DNA of 64,000 bases from an uncultured Candidatus Saccharibacteria bacterium (GTDB lineage: Bacteria > Patescibacteriota > Doudnabacteria > UBA920): the NCBI GenBank assembly GCA_964612745.1, contig CAZTCH010000006.1, forward strand, positions 5,477-69,476. The letters are read 5' to 3'. A program made the translations under genes and the position numbers. Shown one piece after another: positions 62,881 through 64,000 of the stretch. Within the stretch, counting starts at the first letter, position 1; the number at the start of each line of letters is the position of its first letter. Under the pieces are notes generated by a model. The model did no database searches, was not told where the DNA came from, and saw only the letters and a program-made list of their open reading frames with translations.

Positions 62881-63843
62881 ATGAAATCTTGGCGTTTGCA
62901 ACTCGGTCTATTTTTGCTTGTCTGTGCCATTTTTGTTGTGGCAATTCCGCTGTACTATTACCGCGCTCGTGGCGCAGCTACAGCGCTCCAGGAGCAGGGT
63001 GTAGATGACGGCGCGATACGACGTGCTGTTCCAGCTGTACAGCTCACTACAACTGGTTTGGACGCATCGCTCGTGAGACAGGTGCGTAGCCCAAAATTTG
63101 TGAGTGTTGGGCAGGGGAGCAGTGGTCTTGACCACGCTGGTAGTGGGATTGTAGTGCGGCAGGGTACGTTGGTAAGGTTTTATCCATACCAAATAATGCG
63201 CTTACACGAAGTAGTGGAAGACACTGTGGGTGCTACTGCCTTAGCGGTTACCTTTTGTGAGTTGTGCAACGTGGGGGCGGTATACGAAAGGACGATAGAA
63301 GGACAACAACTCCATTTCCGTGTTTCAAACAAGCTAGATGGCTACGATTTGCTGTTGGAAGATGAGCAAACAGGTACAGTGTGGTCGCAAGTGACTGGTC
63401 AAGCGTTGCAGGGGCGTTTGGCGGGGGCGCAACTTCGTGCGAAAGAACATGAAGTAATTTCTCTGGCAGACTTTGCCACGCGGTATCCATACGGTCAGGT
63501 AATGCAACCGCCGGTAGGTTTGAACTACGAAGTGCTTTCGTATGGGGACGCAGCGGCATTGCCCAATGCAGAACAATATATAGCAACGAATAGATTAGTA
63601 CACCCCAAAACAACAGTGTTGGGTGTGGTACTGGCTGGCGTGCCCTATGCAGTTGTTTTAGAAAATGAGGTCAAAAAGCCATTTGTCGTACGGCTAGGTG
63701 GTGTCCGTGCTACGGTATTTACGGGAGCCGATGGCACGATAGGGGTGCGAAATCAGTCCGGTGTAGATTTGCCATTCACACAAACGTATTGGTTTTTATG
63801 GGAGCTGCATTTTCCCCAGACGGAAATTGCGATTGGCGTATAA
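62881..63843 (+). CDS. Secreted or membrane-anchored hypothetical protein (tentatively DUF3179-like).
   Basis: An N-terminal signal anchor and a conserved-looking FCELCNVGAVYER. The family assignment is tentative. Confidence 0.5.
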   Translation: MKSWRLQLGLFLLVCAIFVVAIPLYYYRARGAATALQEQGVDDGAIRRAVPAVQLTTTGLDASLVRQVRSPKFVSVGQGSSGLDHAGSGIVVRQGTLVRFYPYQIMRLHEVVEDTVGATALAVTFCELCNVGAVYERTIEGQQLHFRVSNKLDGYDLLLEDEQTGTVWSQVTGQALQGRLAGAQLRAKEHEVISLADFATRYPYGQVMQPPVGLNYEVLSYGDAAALPNAEQYIATNRLVHPKTTVLGVVLAGVPYAVVLENEVKKPFVVRLGGVRATVFTGADGTIGVRNQSGVDLPFTQTYWFLWELHFPQTEIAIGV

Positions 63844-63847
63844 AAAA

Positions 63848-63866
63848 CTCCTGAGTGAATCAGGAG
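63848..63866. terminator. Bidirectional terminator hairpin (CTCCTGAGTGAATCAGGAG) between convergent genes.
   Basis: A 7-bp stem with A-runs and T-runs on either side. Confidence 0.6.
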
Positions 63867-63875
63867 TGAAAAATC

Positions 63876-64000
63876 TTATTTCTTTTTTGCTACTTTTTTT
63901 ACAGTAGCTTTTTTTGTAACGGTCTTCTTTGGAGTAACTTTCTTTACCACTTTTTTTACCATTGGGGCAACTTTTTTGGTGGCCTTTTCTACTTCTCCAG
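63876..64000 (-). CDS. Partial (5'-truncated by the window edge) ORF encoding a lysine-rich C-terminal tail (...KATKKVAPMVKKVVKKVTPKKTVTKKATVKKVAKKK*), resembling histone-H1-like or HU-extension DNA-binding tails.
   Basis: Reverse-complement translation. The stop lies at 63876-63878. Confidence 0.45.
   Translation of the reverse strand, partial: GEVEKATKKVAPMVKKVVKKVTPKKTVTKKATVKKVAKKK

Noticed and set aside
1-64000. Alternative genetic code (UGA recoded), as in some candidate phyla.
   Set aside because: Well-conserved genes here end in TGA, for example the ORF at 46965-47330 and the small ORF at 30848-30850. They also align end-to-end with the standard code, and there are no in-frame TGA interruptions in conserved domains.

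Overview
This 64-kb window is a densely coded bacterial chromosomal segment using the standard genetic code. Part 1 describes about 95 features; Part 2 reports 24 observations worth a second look. A partial peroxiredoxin gene runs off the 5' edge and a lysine-rich partial ORF runs off the 3' edge, both on the minus strand. The large number of prepilin-like, small membrane and domain-of-unknown-function proteins suggests an uncultivated small-genome lineage, possibly CPR/Patescibacteria-like. That taxonomic guess is inference only.

The window has three kinds of content:
- **Core housekeeping genes.** These include the infC-rpmI-rplT translation operon, rsgA, a DEAD-box helicase, msrB, mscL, a SulP transporter, an MBL/beta-CASP RNase, FKBP, rhodanese, DedA, glycerate kinase plus a 2-hydroxyacid dehydrogenase, and an ECF sigma/anti-sigma pair.
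- **An accessory segment of about 17 kb starting at tRNA-Asn(GTT), at 15153.** This segment contains the items below.
  - **Nucleotide-modification cluster (16.3-22.6 kb).** It follows a recombinase-like remnant overlapping the tRNA 3' end and an XRE regulator. The cluster holds a divergent ThyA-fold enzyme, a QueC-like PP-loop ATPase, Ham1/ITPase, ndk, a thymidylate-kinase-like P-loop kinase, a GT-B-like glycosyltransferase, an HD phosphohydrolase and an IMPase-family phosphatase. I read this as a candidate phage-like DNA-hypermodification module, or alternatively a divergent dTTP synthesis module. A near-copy of the tRNA 3' end lies after it, at 23202.
  - **SNF2-family ATPase (24330-28031).** This 1233-aa protein carries a C-terminal array of about 14 degenerate 15-residue repeats, each built around a C-x-x-T/S-G-K motif.
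  - **Single-gene cassettes.** One of them is a PI3/4-kinase-like protein. The cassettes are separated by a recurring palindromic motif, TTAAGAAAAGGTAYC...GRTACCTTTTCTTAA.
- **Mobile and repetitive DNA.** There is a frameshifted IS200-family tnpA and an IS30 element with terminal inverted repeats next to a GC-richer patch. Several families of intergenic repeats also occur: microsatellite-like heptamer or octamer tracts, hairpin modules and tandem 110-130-bp units. No CRISPR array or rRNA gene was found.

All functional calls rest on motif-level reading of the translated ORFs and on visible DNA repeats and hairpins. No database search was run.
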